DNA from: Macrostomum hystrix
Lineage: Eukaryota; Animalia; Platyhelminthes
Assembly (NCBI GenBank): GCA_950097015.1
Contig: CATNEN010000032.1
Location: forward strand, 1,798,001 to 1,862,000
Reading direction: 5' to 3'
DNA: 64,000 bases
A program made the position numbers and the translations under genes. This document shows, piece by piece, positions 13,406 through 26,400 of this stretch. Each line of letters begins with the position of its first letter. Position 1 is the first letter of the stretch. The notes under the pieces are model-generated. The model did no database searches and was not told where the DNA came from. It saw only the letters and a list, made by a program, of their open reading frames with translations.

Positions 13406-13474
13406 TGGAGTCGGGAATCGAACTCCCGACCTTCAAGGTGTGAGTCCGACCTTCTAACCACTAGGCGATGACCC
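13406..13474 (-). mobile_element. tRNA-derived SINE head (A and B boxes)
   Basis: Minus strand GGGTCATCGCCTAGTGGTTAGAAGGTCGGACTCACACCTTGAAGGTCGGGAGTTCGATTCCCGACTCCA. It closely matches the head at 17657, and the acceptor and T stems do not pair canonically. Confidence 0.7.
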
Positions 13475-14169
13475 AATTTTTACAGCAAATAAAGTAAACA
13501 GTATACTCTTTCACTGTAACTAGGTTTTGATAAAATATGCCTGCATTAATACACAACAACCATTGGATGATATTTCATGAAAGCGTGCAGCAGCTTTGAT
13601 CAGAACAGTCTGTGCATGTGGAATTAGTTTCACATTCAAATCCCACCCGTTGCCTTATAGTTTGACAGGGAGGAGGTCGGTGACTCATACTATGGAAGGC
13701 CGCTGTTCTGGCAAGTCAAAGTGTTGTGACACAGCATCAACATTGCCTAGAGTCAACATTGGGCTGTGCTTGACACTAGCCTGCATCTGACTGCGCCCCC
13801 ACAACCCAACCCAACCTCCCCAGACCCAGAAGCCGTGATTGTAGCTGCTGCCTGCATTGCAGATCCCCTATAAATCATTTCCTGTATTGCTTCTCGATAT
13901 TATATAACTCGTCCTCATATAATGAATATAGCAATTAGATAAGAATCTATGAACAGATATGAGATTTAGATCAACTCTTAAGCCATATACAGAAAAATTT
14001 CTTTACTTTCAGCACTCAGAGCAGCTAATTTCGAATTTTAGAAATTCTAGCCTAGTTAAATTATACTGAGCTTTATAGAGAATTTCATACACTCGTAAAA
14101 ATGGAAGTCTAAAGGAGAAATTTTACCGATGCCAATGATAGAGTTAGCCTGAGCAAAAATTAGACACAT

Positions 14170-14425
14170 AACGGAAGAGAGGGAAGAGTTGGGGGAAGAG
14201 AGGGAAGAGTGGGAGAAGAGAGGGAAGAGTGGGGGAAGAGAGGGAAGAGTGGGAGAAGAGAGGGAAGAGTGGGGAGTGGGAAAAGTAGGGGAAGAGGGGG
14301 GAGAGAGGGAAGAGGGGGAGAGTGGGGGAAGAGGGGGAGAGTGGGGGAAGAGGGGGGAGAGTGGGGGAAGAGGGGGGAGAGAGGGAAGAGGGAGGGAGAG
14401 AGGGAGAGAGAGAGCGGGAGAGAGG
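14170..14425 (+). repeat. Polypurine (GA-rich) low-complexity repeat
   Basis: GAGGGAAGAGTGGGGGAAGA-type units. The end segment GAGAGAGCGGGAGAGAGGAGA.AGGACACTGCCCA is duplicated at ~14800-14838. Confidence 0.9.
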
Positions 14426-14726
14426 AGACAGGACACTGCCCATTGAATTTCAAAAATCTAATGTTGGAATCGATTCCGATATGTATCGAAAAAAATGAAA
14501 TCAGGATTCGAACCCAGGCAACTCCAGAAGCGTTTCGCTCTTATTGGAGCTCATCAGTAGAGTAATCTGATGAGACAAAGTCTGATCCCAAAGTCAGATC
14601 AGACTCACTATATGTCATTCCATGGCTATATTATGTCATGGCTATAGGCGCTTGTTCAAATCCAGCTTTCAATCTTAACATATCGTAATCGATTCGGCTG
14701 CGCCCCGCAACTCAATCCATACTCAC

Positions 14727-14772
14727 TCAACTCCGTGGCACTGACTCGGTCGTACGAGACGCCGGTGCTGGC
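14727..14772 (-). other. Candidate 46-nt small exon (ASTGVSYDRVSATEL)
   Basis: Minus strand ctctctctcag|GCCAGCACC...GGAGTTGA|gtgagt, lying immediately downstream of a CT-rich array. Confidence 0.3.
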
Positions 14773-14774
14773 CT

Positions 14775-15315
14775 GAGAGAGAGGGAGAGAGGGAGAGAGG
14801 GAGAGAGAGAGCGGGAGAGAGGAGAGAGGACACTGCCCAAGAGAGGGAAGAGTGGGGGAAGAGAGGGAAGAGAGGGGGAAGAGAGGGAAGAGTGGGGGAA
14901 GAGGGGGAGAGTGGGGGAAGAGGGGGGACAGAGGGAAGAGGGGGAGAGAGGGGAAGAGGGGGAAGAGTGGGGGAAGAGGGGGGAGAGAGGGAAGAGGGGG
15001 AAGATGAGGAAAATAGGAAAGAGAGGGAAGAAGGGGAAGATGGGGAATATGGGGAAGATAGGGAAGCGGGGGGATAATGGGGAACGAAATGGAAGAGAGG
15101 GAAGAAAAAAGGGAAGCGGGAAGAGAGGGAGGAGAGGAAAGAGAGGGAGGAGAGGAAAGAGAGGGAGGAGAGGAAAGAGAGGGAGGAGAGGAAAGAGAGG
15201 GAGGAGAGGAAAGAGAGGGAGGAGAGGAAAGAGAGGGAGGAGAGGGAAGAGAGGAAAGATTGGGAAGAAAAGGAAAGGGGAAGTGGGAAGAGAGGGAGGA
15301 GAGGGAGGAGAGGAA
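14775..15315 (+). repeat. Polypurine low-complexity repeat including an 18-bp unit (GAGAGGGAGGAGAGGAAA) x~7
   Basis: Directly visible tandem units at 15120-15250. Confidence 0.9.
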
Positions 15316-16140
15316 GGATTTGGTATTGAGTTTACTCCGGCTGTCTCGCAGTTCGGTATCCATCTACAAACTACTCCTGTTTGACCTAAAAGTACACACC
15401 TCATTTTCCCACCAATATCGACATTTAGTCAATTTAGACTAAATTAATTCCTTTGGCGACAAAGCTAGGTCTGTGTTGTCGCTTCAAGGCCTTTCAATTG
15501 ATTAGACAGTTGGCTAATCTAGAGGAAAGATGCGAAGCCTGCGTGCGTATTGTGTCCATGCATAGTCTATAGTTGATTATGCTTTTAGTAAAACTTCATT
15601 TTAGTCTAGCAAAGCAGGCAGGGGCAGAGAGAGGAGAGATGGGTGAGCGGTAAACAGAAGTACATCTGTCTGAGCTGTCTGGCTGGGGTGGCTGGTAAGG
15701 CAGACAGGCGGAGTGGTGGAACGGAGTATGAGAAGCCCCAGACTCGTCTCTAGTCTGCAATTGCATTACGCTTACCAAATCCCAATGCATTGTTAATCCT
15801 ACCCGACAAATTCCTTAGTCTTAGTGTGTTGCTTGTAGAATTGCTGGTGCAACATTGCAGGGCCGGCATTGCGATACGATTATCGATTGATTTTCCGCAC
15901 TCCTTTGCTCAATATTTGTCTCTTCTTTTGATCGATTTTTATTTGGATTAAGAACGTCCACTGCGGCTTTGAATTAGAATGATTGGGAATTGAGTAGAGT
16001 GAGACAAGTGACTGGAGTTTGATCGACTGACCCTGACGGATTGTAAGCAAAGGGAATCGTAGGAAACCCTGGTTGCAAATTTGTTATATTGATCAATAAT
16101 TACAGCCGACAGCACAGCCGAAGCTCTTGTATCTGAAGGC

Positions 16141-16318
16141 TGCGTACAGCTGTTCAGTCCATGGACTGGATGGGTGACACACCCACTATCAGTCACCTAC
16201 AGCAAATGCTAGTAAACCATTAAACAGCTGGGTGAGCTGAGTTAAGTGTCTAGCTAAAGGACAAGAATTGCTCCGGTGGAGTCGAGAATCGAACCCCCGA
16301 CATACAAGTCATGAGTCC
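16141..16318 (-). mobile_element. tRNA-derived SINE (family 1), head interrupted by (TCTG)n
   Basis: Reverse-complement match to 17690-17870: B box GGGTTCGATTCTC, core GTCCTTTAGCTAGACACTTAACTC...ACCCAGCTGTTTAATGG, and 3' palindrome CAGTCCATGGACTG. Confidence 0.8.
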
Positions 16319-16672
<354 letters not shown>

Positions 16673-17365
16673 GTTTGCCTTTACCAAGGTCTTCCTTCCT
16701 CTATCGTGTAAATAGTCCGGTTTTACACTTCATTATCTATGCAAATATTTTCTTTCTCAGAAAACAAACCAAAAACTACATGCTAGCAAAGAGGAGGGAC
16801 AGTTTATCATTTAATATCTGTCAGTTTTTTTCATATCGCCAAAATAGCTCTGTGCTAGCACACTATCCAAACATTCGAACTAAATTCATACAAAAGCAAC
16901 TTTGTTTTGCATTCTTATGTTCTAGACGTCCTCGTGATTTTTCGCATTGGGTAGGTAATCTACGGAAAAGTTACAGCGGTTTTGTCTTCGGAATTCGGAG
17001 CATGCTGCTGGTCAGTAAGGAGACTCAGAGGGTGTTTAGGGTGCTCAAGACCCCACGATAATTTAGGCTAATCAGAGGTAGCGAAATCAATTTAGAAGCA
17101 ATCAGATGTATTCAGCTCAGGCATTCGCAGAACCGGTGTTACGTAACACTTCTCAGTTCACCATTGCAGCGGCTCAATTTGAGGCCCCATTGACTGCGGA
17201 ACTCATTCGATAGAAAAGTTGACAATAAGCAACCCTGTCTTAAGCTCAACCCTATGATAGCTCAGCGAAAAGAGCTCTGGATTTCTGACTATGACGTCGG
17301 GAGTTCGAATTTAAGCACCACGGAAATCCTTCGAATACTTGAGCAAGAAAACTTTCTAAAGCATA

Positions 17366-17600
17366 ATAATAATAATAATAATAATAATAATTGCAGGAGG
17401 GCTGCGGGCAATGGCACATCACTTGGTGACACTAGACACGCAGCCAGCGAGGAGGCAATTCTGCCCATTTCGCTGACTCCTGAGCACACACGCACACAGA
17501 TACTGTACGCAGGCACACGCTCACACAGGTGTGTACATCTGCCCTATAATCGTCAGGCAGTGTAACACTTCACTGTGCCCTGGAGGTTGGCTCTCGAGGG
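17366..17600 (-). mobile_element. SINE family 2, 3' portion with (ATT)n tail
   Basis: Close match (by eye) to 31960-32180 in the opposite orientation; the (AAT)n run at 17366-17390 is the tail. Confidence 0.8.
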
Positions 17601-17656
17601 CGTCAATTGCGTGACAGGCCCCCACAAACGGTGGGTAATCACCAATTATCACCGAA

Positions 17657-17880
17657 GAGGTTGTAGCCTAGTGGTTAGGGCGTCGGACTCACGACTTGAA
17701 GATCAAGGGTTCGATTCCCGACTCCACTGGAACAATTTGTGTCCTTTAGCAAGACACTTAACTCCGCAGTGCTTCAGTTCACCCAGCTGTTAAATGGGTA
17801 CCAGCATTAGCTGGGATAATTGAAGGTGGGTGTGGCGTCCCCCCAGTCCATGGACTGAACAGCTGTACCCAGCTATTTCT
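17657..17880 (+). mobile_element. Near full-length tRNA-derived SINE (family 1)
   Basis: A box TAGCCTAGTGG, B box GGGTTCGATTCC (17707-17718), central TGTGTCCTTTAGCAAGACACTTAACTCC...CACCCAGCTGTTAAATGGGTACC resembling conserved metazoan SINE cores, and 3' CAGTCCATGGACTGAACAGCTG. Confidence 0.85.
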
Positions 17881-19754
17881 ATACGAGAGGCGAGGTTCTT
17901 GTTGTTTTCAGATTGACTTTCAGTGCAGGTGAGCCAGCCTTGCTAAATTTATTCGTCAATTTAGGCTTGCAGTTCAACTGCAGCCACTGCGCAACTAAAA
18001 CTGTATGACCTAGGAGACTGTTGCCAGGTAGAGAACGGCACACTGCAATGCCTACCTCGTGACCATTTTCCCATGCCTAGAACAACAACACAACTCTGCC
18101 CCGCCTTCTCGGAAATAATCTTACATAAAACACATTATATTGGCACACAGGAGCTGGTATAACACTTTGAGAGCCAACGCCCTGCACTGCCGCCTTAGCT
18201 GAAGGCTGTGGGCTTCCAGCGGAAAATAATTCCAAGGGCTAGGAATGGAATGTCGCCCTCTCCTCGCCAGTGCACTTTTTGTACTTATTCTATCCCAATG
18301 CCTCTCTCTCTGTCTTTCTCTAGTGCCCATTTGCACGATTGCCTGCCTGCAAAACTGCCTGCAATCCGGCTGCCAATTTGGTAGCTGTGGCAAGGCGTTG
18401 CAGTGCTGTGCATTGTAATACCGTTTTCATTGCGAACCACTTCTTACAGATCCCAGTACACTGCAGTCAGTTGTACGTGTTCCTGTACACAAACCGCGTC
18501 AGTGATTTCAATGGCTATATTAAACAGTAACCTGCGATTGGTTCAAACAATGAATCATCTAGTCAAATAATCTAGTACTCAAACGAAATTTGCAAATCGA
18601 TAAAAACTGGCATCAGACGCGTGCCAATTTATGATTGGTTTCGGCATCGATAAATGTAGAAAATGAATCAATGTTTATTTATTCAATGTATGCAATCAAC
18701 TCACAGATGAGCAGGCAGAATGAAGAAAAGCAAAAGAAAAAATAAAGGTGACAATGATTTTCTTTCGTAAATCTGCGATTGAATAATTTGATAGATTCGA
18801 TTTAACAAATAATGGGGGCATGAGCTACTCAGGACCACTCAGGATGGAAACATTTTAGCTCTGGTTCGTTGTCAGACAACTTAGCAGCACTAACCAGACC
18901 CAAACTTGTACAGGGTACAATCTCGAGTGAACAGACTAATTCTAATTGTGTAACTTGGTTACACTTCATCGGCGAGAAACCTATTTATAGCGACAAATAA
19001 ATTTAAAAAGATACGTAAAAAATAAAATGTACAATTTTTGAGTTACATGCATGAGGAATCTATAAATGAATGTTAACACGGCGTGAGTTAAAATATTCTT
19101 GTCTTTTGAACACACAAAAATGAAAGCTGGTTTGAAACAATACTGTACTATTAAAGTGATCTCATTATAACAATTCAGATTCGATCCGCGATTGAATCGA
19201 TCGAGCTGCCGTAACCAGCAGCAGCAATTAAGTAGAATTCGGGAGAATCGACCATTAAAATGGGATTTTCAAGGCCCTCTAAAAGTTCTCCAAAGTAGAC
19301 TAGATTAGATTCACTCAAAATAAAAGAACACGCAATCACGAGCGATTTTTCGGCGATCTCTTTAAAAAGTGGATTCCAGAAGCGGGTGCGCTAGCAGATA
19401 TGGATAAAACTGGGTGTGAGAAAACGAAGCACTTCGACGCTTCAGGTCGTCAGTGTACCGGGCTCTCAGTTTGGGTCCGCCGCATTCGGGTCCGCCGCAT
19501 TCGGGTGTGTGCGTGTGCGATCGAGGTTAAGAGACAAACAGGAAGAGGAAGATAGAAGAGACACAGAGCATGCAGCAATGTTCAAGCGTCTAGCATGAAT
19601 TTGTGAGGCCTGTTACGCCATTCGACCCTCACTGCTTTCCAAGGTGTGAAGCTAGGTGACTGAGAAGTTTAGAGCACATAGGAGTGAGAACACACAACGA
19701 CGCGCGGACCTCTAGCGCGGATTGCAATAAACTGCTAGATGGGTCGGGGCTATG

Positions 19755-20470
19755 TCACATGAGGTCACAGCAGGCCCTACCAATTCCTTTTGTCTGCACC
19801 GGCCCAGCCTCGGCTCCATCGGCCAGCTTCTCCTTTGTTGACTTGACCTTAGCGGCGGTCCCTGCGCTGGTTGAACCGTTCGACACCTCCGACTGGCCTC
19901 GCTGACTTCCGGCTGGCGCGGCGGAAACCGCCGAAGCTGAAGTCGTCGCCTTCAGCGGTGCCTCCAGCTCGATCTTCGCCCTTCCCTCCGCGTCTTCCTC
20001 CTCTGTCGCCGTCCCCTCCTCTCCTTCCTCCTCGTCCGGGCCAGAGGAATCAGCCGCATCGTCCGGAATGACGGCTGCCACCGCCATTGATGGCGTCCAC
20101 AGGCCGACTGTGTCCTCCCGAGGCGAAGCTTCCGTTGGTGCGGTTTCAACTGTCGTGGCAGAGTCCGCCAAGATCAGCTTGGGTTCGAGCTCAGAAGATT
20201 CCGGCTGGGATTTCGCCTCATTCTCGCCTCCCAGGTGAACGGAATTGCGCGAGATTCGCGAATTTCTTAGAAGGCTGTCCGCCTGACGGTCAAGATCGCT
20301 GCCAGGCCGGAACGGGTTCTCCCTGTCTGCCCACGGTTCCTCTACGACCTCCGCGTCGCAGCCGTCCTCGTCCGTATCCTGGTTTGTCGGCGAGGGCGCG
20401 ATTCTGACGTGATGGTTGGTGCCGGCAGTGTCTGCATTTTGACGCTTCTTTCGCAAAATCGGCTGGATTG

Positions 20471-20514
<44 letters not shown>

Positions 20515-20576
20515 TTCTCCTCCTCCTCCGGTTTCTGAGGCTGTGTGGAAGGCGGGCTGTCCATTTGGTCTGGCAT
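19755..20576 (-). CDS. 273-aa acidic, disordered protein with polyQ and C-terminal CCDLM (CaaX-like lipidation motif)
   Basis: Long GC-rich ORF with ATG at 20576 and an in-frame stop 4 codons upstream. Motif WADRENPFRPGSDLDRQADSLL; terminal IGRACCDLM*. Confidence 0.75.
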
Positions 20577-22628
20577 CTGCTTCTGTTCTTATCTTTTTAT
20601 TATTGCAAGGCAGAAACGCAGTAGACAGCAAGCCTGTGTTTGTCTGCTATTGTAGCAAAGGCTTCCTCAATCGGTGTTGCCTTCAGTCGGTATCAGCTGG
20701 CCATGCGGAATATTGTCGACAGCGATTAACAATAACAGGGACAGGGAATGGCTTCCAGAATGCTTGATTTGCTTGTCCTGAACTCCCCGAACGCCGAGTC
20801 AGTCTAGCCTAGCGTCGCTTGCCCTTTTTCAGCTGTCCGCACAGCAACTGCAGTGGTTGGGTTGGCTTGGCTTGAGTTGGCGGCCGGCACTTCAAAAGCA
20901 TTCGTGCGGCCTATGAGCCTTTCCAAAGCCTGGCTTCGACTCCGCCGCTGAGTTAATTTTCAGGCTCAACTCAGCTCAAATCAGGAAATGAAGGTCCACT
21001 AGTAGAAGAAGTTCTATTTCTCTTTCAGAGACAAGTAGCTGGGGCCTTAAATCGTTCGCTCTCTCTCCCTTCCTCTCTCTCTTCTGCTCTTTCTGTCTGG
21101 CCGCACGCGGTGTGAGACGCGACTGAGGCAGTCCAAGTCTTACAGGCCCAATCAGCTGCACTGTTTATACTGGGGGGCGGGGTTGGCTAGAGAGCAAGGC
21201 CTTCGATGTCGGCTATTGCGCTGGGCGAAAGCATTCAGTCAGTCGCTGCTGCTGCTGCTTTCGGCTTGAAGGCCGGGGGGGCTGCAGTTCACCTACTTGG
21301 GGACTGGGGAGCGGAGGGGATTTCAACTTTAAGGCAGAGAAACCGGATGGGGTGGGCTCTGATCCCGTGTGGACAGAATCCTCTAGTACTTGGCCTCTCA
21401 TCCCTGTTCCCCTTCTTCCCCTCCAGTCCAGTCCCACCAATGCGAATTTCCAGTCTCGTACGGGGCGCGGCACCCCCCGCCGGCTGTGACAAAAATAGCC
21501 AGTGAAGTCAGCCAGCTGGTTCTCTCTCTCACTCTCTCACGACTCCTGTTTTTTCCTAACCCCAGCCGCACTCTGACAGCCAATCAGATTGCTGCAGCAC
21601 TTCTCTAGCCATCTAGAGTCCTAGACAGTATAGCTACTTTGCCTATTCCCTTTTCATGCCGTCACAGTGCCGATTATAATCCCAGACTACTTCTCCCCCC
21701 AGGCCTGTCTGTCCTCCCATCGTACTCTCTTCTCGAAGCAGACCGACAGGGATATGATATAAGACAGTAAATGAACAATTATTCAACTGGAGCAATATAA
21801 CTTTGATTACGCCTATCGTATGTTTCTAACGAAATTGGCTGTCTGCCAAATTTTGTCTTGAGCTCACGTGCTCATTCTGTGCTCATATTCTCATGTAGGT
21901 TTTGGATTTAAAATGACACATGCAAGATTCTGTCTCTTGTTTGACAGCTCATTTCCCGCTTCGTCTCATTGATCCTTAGTGGGAATTCTATCCCTGCCTC
22001 ATAGTGTCCACGCCAGTCCCGCATCGACATGGCTTCTCGATCCCCTAACTATTCAGTCACGCAAAGCTCTAGATGAATACTTCCACCCGGCCTCATACCG
22101 TACTCAAATTATAGGCATGGACTCATCATATTTGAGCAGTTCTCATTAAATAGATTAGCTTTCTGCGGCACTGTAAAAATCATGCTTAACTTGTCATGCC
22201 ATAAATAGCTATGTTAGTGTAGTTAACATATCAGTTGCTTGTTTAGTAAGACAAACCGTGTTATTTCTACTTAAAGTAGGATATCGTGTTCTCGCTACAC
22301 TTTTCCATACTTCGTTCAACAAAAAGGAGGCCAATAAATGCCAGGAATTCCAGTACAAATTGGTGACCATATTATTGCCAAGTGATTTGATAGCCGACAC
22401 TGCGGAGCAAAACAGTGCAATTGTGGAATTTATCTTTGTATTGAATATTATGTAAAACTCATTAGCGTATTAAGGACAGTGAATTTTAGATTAGTTCTAA
22501 AATTCGTTGCAGGTGATGAAATTAAAAATGGTGAAAAAAAATTGATAGGCAAAAGTCGATAATGAAAAATAGATTGCGATAATGCATTAGGAATGTTGGA
22601 TACTGGACATTGAATTCGTGATAATGGA

Positions 22629-23040
22629 TCATAGATAGGGGATGAAGGATAATGGATAATGGATAATGGATAATGAATAGGGGATAATGGATAGGGGATA
22701 ATTAGTAAGGGATAGTGGATACAGAATTGGGGACAATGGATATTGGATAATGGATAATGGATAATGGATAGGGGATAGGGGATAATGGATAGGGGATAGG
22801 GGATAATGGATAGGGGATAGGGGATAATTAGTAAGGGATAGTGGATACAGAATTGGGGAAAATGGATAATGGATAATGGATAATGGATAATGGATAGGGG
22901 ATAGGGGATAATGGATAGGGGATATGGGATAATTAGTAGGGGATAGTGGATACTGGATTGGGGATAGTGGATAATGGATAGGGGATAATGGGTAGTGATT
23001 AGTATGTATTAGTGGAATCAAACAGTGGATTATTGAAATT
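22629..23040 (+). repeat. 7-bp-based degenerate satellite (GGATAAT/GGATAGG)n
   Basis: Directly visible. Confidence 0.9.
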
Positions 23041-23402
23041 TCATGAGGGATAGTGGATATTCTTAATGTATGACTGTGAGTAGAGTGTGCTCTTAACTGG
23101 CTATAGGCGGTGAAAAAGAGGAGCTAAAAAGTAAAATTCATTTGAAAAAAACTCCAGCCACCCAGCCAATCGCATAGCTTCACCCTAAAAAAGAAGAAGT
23201 ATTCTTAAGAGACTTGCTCATTCGCAGAGTTTCGCTAAAGAAGAGAATTTAGTTTTCTAGAAAAAACCATGCAGTTTGTGACGAGTGAGTTTTCGTGGAT
23301 TTCGCTGTGAACCCAAGAGAGTGAGAGTCACAGAAGCAGCCACAGTGGAAGATGCTGACGCAACGGCGCCAGCAGCGGGCCGGAGCAATCGCCCTGCCAG
23401 CC

Positions 23403-26400
23403 ATGGAGGGCGCCGGACCGGGCGGTCGGCTTCAAAAATTTCTGCGCCGTTTCACGACCGCTCCATCAAGTCTGTTTGGCCAGGTGAGACGAAAATCGGC
23501 TGCAGTGCTGGGCGGACACCTGGCGGACGAGGCCAGTCAGATGGAGTTGACGCTGTACGCCAGGCGGCCGCGGACTGTCAGTCTGGTCAGCCTGGTGCAG
23601 CGGACTCGGTTCAGCAGCCCGGAGCTCAAGGCAATTTATAGGCGATTCAAGACTGAGTGCCCCTATGGTAAGAAGCCGCGGATGAAGATTCTCTGGGTCA
23701 GAATGGCTAGGTGTCGGAAATGCTTCCTCCAGAAAACCTTCTCGTCGTTTCCTTTGACTCTCCTCTTTAATCTCTTGCTCACCAATCAGTTAATCAGTAC
23801 GTTTCACTGCACTTTAATTGCTTCGCTTTCTATCGTCCTCTTAGCCCATAGACTACGCATCCTGCCCGCCCCTTGTTAACTCAATCGTTGTCTATGTTCT
23901 TAATTCCGTGCTCGGTACAGTTCCCCTTTAGCTGCTTCTAGTGCGCACTAAGCCCACTAGATATTCGGACAAAATGCTTTTCACTTTCTAAATACAAGTT
24001 AAATACAAGCAAGGAAATTTTGTCCCAAGCGACAAATTGGTAGCAGAGCGCACTAAAATATCCACACAGCCAAGTCGAAAATGAAGACGCGCAGCACAAC
24101 CTCGACTCGTGGAAAGCTCGGTCACAAATCTCAAAACCGAGTAAGACCAACAACATACGCTAACCCGACTGCCAGCGGCCTCGCCGCACCTGCTAGCGGC
24201 CTCGCCGCATCTGCCAGCGGCCTCGCCGCATCTGCCAGCGGCCTCGCCGCACCTGCTAGCGGCCTCGCCGCACCTGCTAGCGGCCTCGCCGCATCTGCCA
24301 GCGTCCTCGCCGCATCTGCCAGCGGCCTCGCCGCACCTGCTAGCGGCCTCGCCGCATCTGCCAGCGGCCTCGCCGCATCTGCCAGCGGCCTCGCCGCACC
24401 TACCAGCGGCCTCGCCGCACCCACCAGCGGCCTCGCCACACCTACCAGCGGCCTCGCCGCACCTACCAGCGGCCTCGCCGCATCTGCCAGCGGCCTCGCC
24501 ACACCTACCAGCGGCCTCGCCGCACCTACCAGCGGCCTCGCCGCATCTGCCAGCGGCCTCGCCGCACCTACCAGCGGCCTCGCCGCACCTGCTAGCGGCC
24601 TCGCCGCACCTGCTAGCGGCCTCGCCGCACCTACCAGCGGCCTCGCCGCACCTGCTAGCGGCCTCGCCGCACCTACAAGCGGCCTCGCCGCAGCCACCAG
24701 CGGCCTCACCGCACCTACCAGCGGCCTCGCCGCACCTACCAGCGGCCTCGCCGCACCTGCCAGCTCAGTCGGCTCCATTGCATTCGGTGTATCTAACCAA
24801 CAGGACGCTGTACAACAACTTATTGGCGCAATGGCTCAGATGATGCAGCAGAACCAGCTGCTCGTACAACAGCTTCAAATAAACCAGACCACATCCCAGC
24901 CCGCCCCTCCGACGCCTCGACCGGCGTCCCTCTTCGGCGAAACCGTCCTCCGCAATGTCCAACTTCAAGGTTTCGACGGTGAAGACCCAGCTAGTTTCCC
25001 TGCATTTTGGAGTTCCTTCACTTACCGCATCGACAGCAGCAACTACACAGACGTTGATAAATTTGAAGCTCTTCGCGGGCTTCTCGCTGGCGCTGCCCTC
25101 CGGAAACTAGGTGGTCTGGACGCCTGTCAACCGGGGGCCTACAACCAAGCCTGCCAAATTCTCCAAGCTAATTATGGCGACCTGTGGGAGCAGAAGAGCA
25201 CCTGCTTCAGGCGACTTCTCGCGATGCCGCAGCTTTGCAACATCGACCACCAGAGCTTGGAGGAATTTTCAGACACACTTCGCCTCACAGTCGGCCAGCT
25301 AACCCGCCTCGGTGAAACCAGTGCCGCCCTGGATCCCTACGTGCATGCACTCTGGCCAAAGCTTCCACGGGCGCTCCAATCAGATATCCAGGATGTGCGT
25401 TGTAAGGCGTTGCAACCGCTAATTCCAACAATGCAAGAGCTCCAAGGACACCTCGACAACAAGCTTCGAGCCATCCGTGCCTCGCAAGCCAACTACACAT
25501 CAGCTGGTTTCGCCCCCTATGCCGGAGCTAGTCTAATCAACGCTGCCACAAACCGCTCCGTAACTTCATCCACTCCTAGTGCTGGTCACGTACACACTCG
25601 TGCACATGTACCGATCTGCGTCTACTGCGAACGGTCAGGACACTCCAGTCAGACATGCGGCGTAATCTCGAAGCCCGATGATCGGCTCCGCATTATTCGG
25701 AGTAAGGCCCTGTGCCTCAACTGCCTGCGTAGCCATGCCACCTCAAACTGTAGCTCCCGGAACAGATGCCGCGAGTGTCGAGCCCTGCACCACACATCAC
25801 TTCACGGAGCGCGTTTCAATCCGCCACCGCATGTTCTTCACGTCGACTCAACAGCGAAAGCCAACAGCAACCTCGACTCGACGGCCGCATTGCCGACGGC
25901 ATTCGCCAACTTAAAAGCCATGAACAATAACACCTTCAATACCGTCTCCTGCATCTCCTCCACCTGCGACGAGTTGATAAGGCCGTCCATCATGGCCACA
26001 TTCTCTGCCACTGCTGTAAACCCGACTAGCGGCGGCACTACGCGAGTGTCGGTCCTCATCGATGGCGGCTCCAGTTTCACGTACATAAAACTCGAGGTGG
26101 CTCGAAAACTCGGTCTTCGTTTACATCGCCGAATCTCGCTTGACAGCTCTTCATGTCACACCGACTCTCGTCGACGAGTGACCGCAGACATCGTCGAACT
26201 CGAACTCTCTACACCCGATGGCCGCCGTTTACCACTCCGAGTTCTGGCAACCGAGCACATCGCTCCACCAATCCACATACCAGCTGTCCAGCTACCAAGC
26301 GACATTCTGGCCACTCTGCAACACTTGCCCCATGGAATAGCCAATCTCCCACCTTCCCAAGACGGGGAACTTGAGTTAGATTTGCTCATCGGTAACGACT

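Noticed and set aside
13406-13474. Functional tRNA gene
   Set aside because: The acceptor stem and T arm mispair, and the sequence matches SINE heads at 16.3 and 17.7 kb.
23352-23879. Stand-alone 175-aa protein
   Set aside because: It is KChIP exon 1 read through its donor into the LTR.
24131-24778. 215-aa antisense ORF
   Set aside because: Reverse frame of the 21-bp gag repeat.
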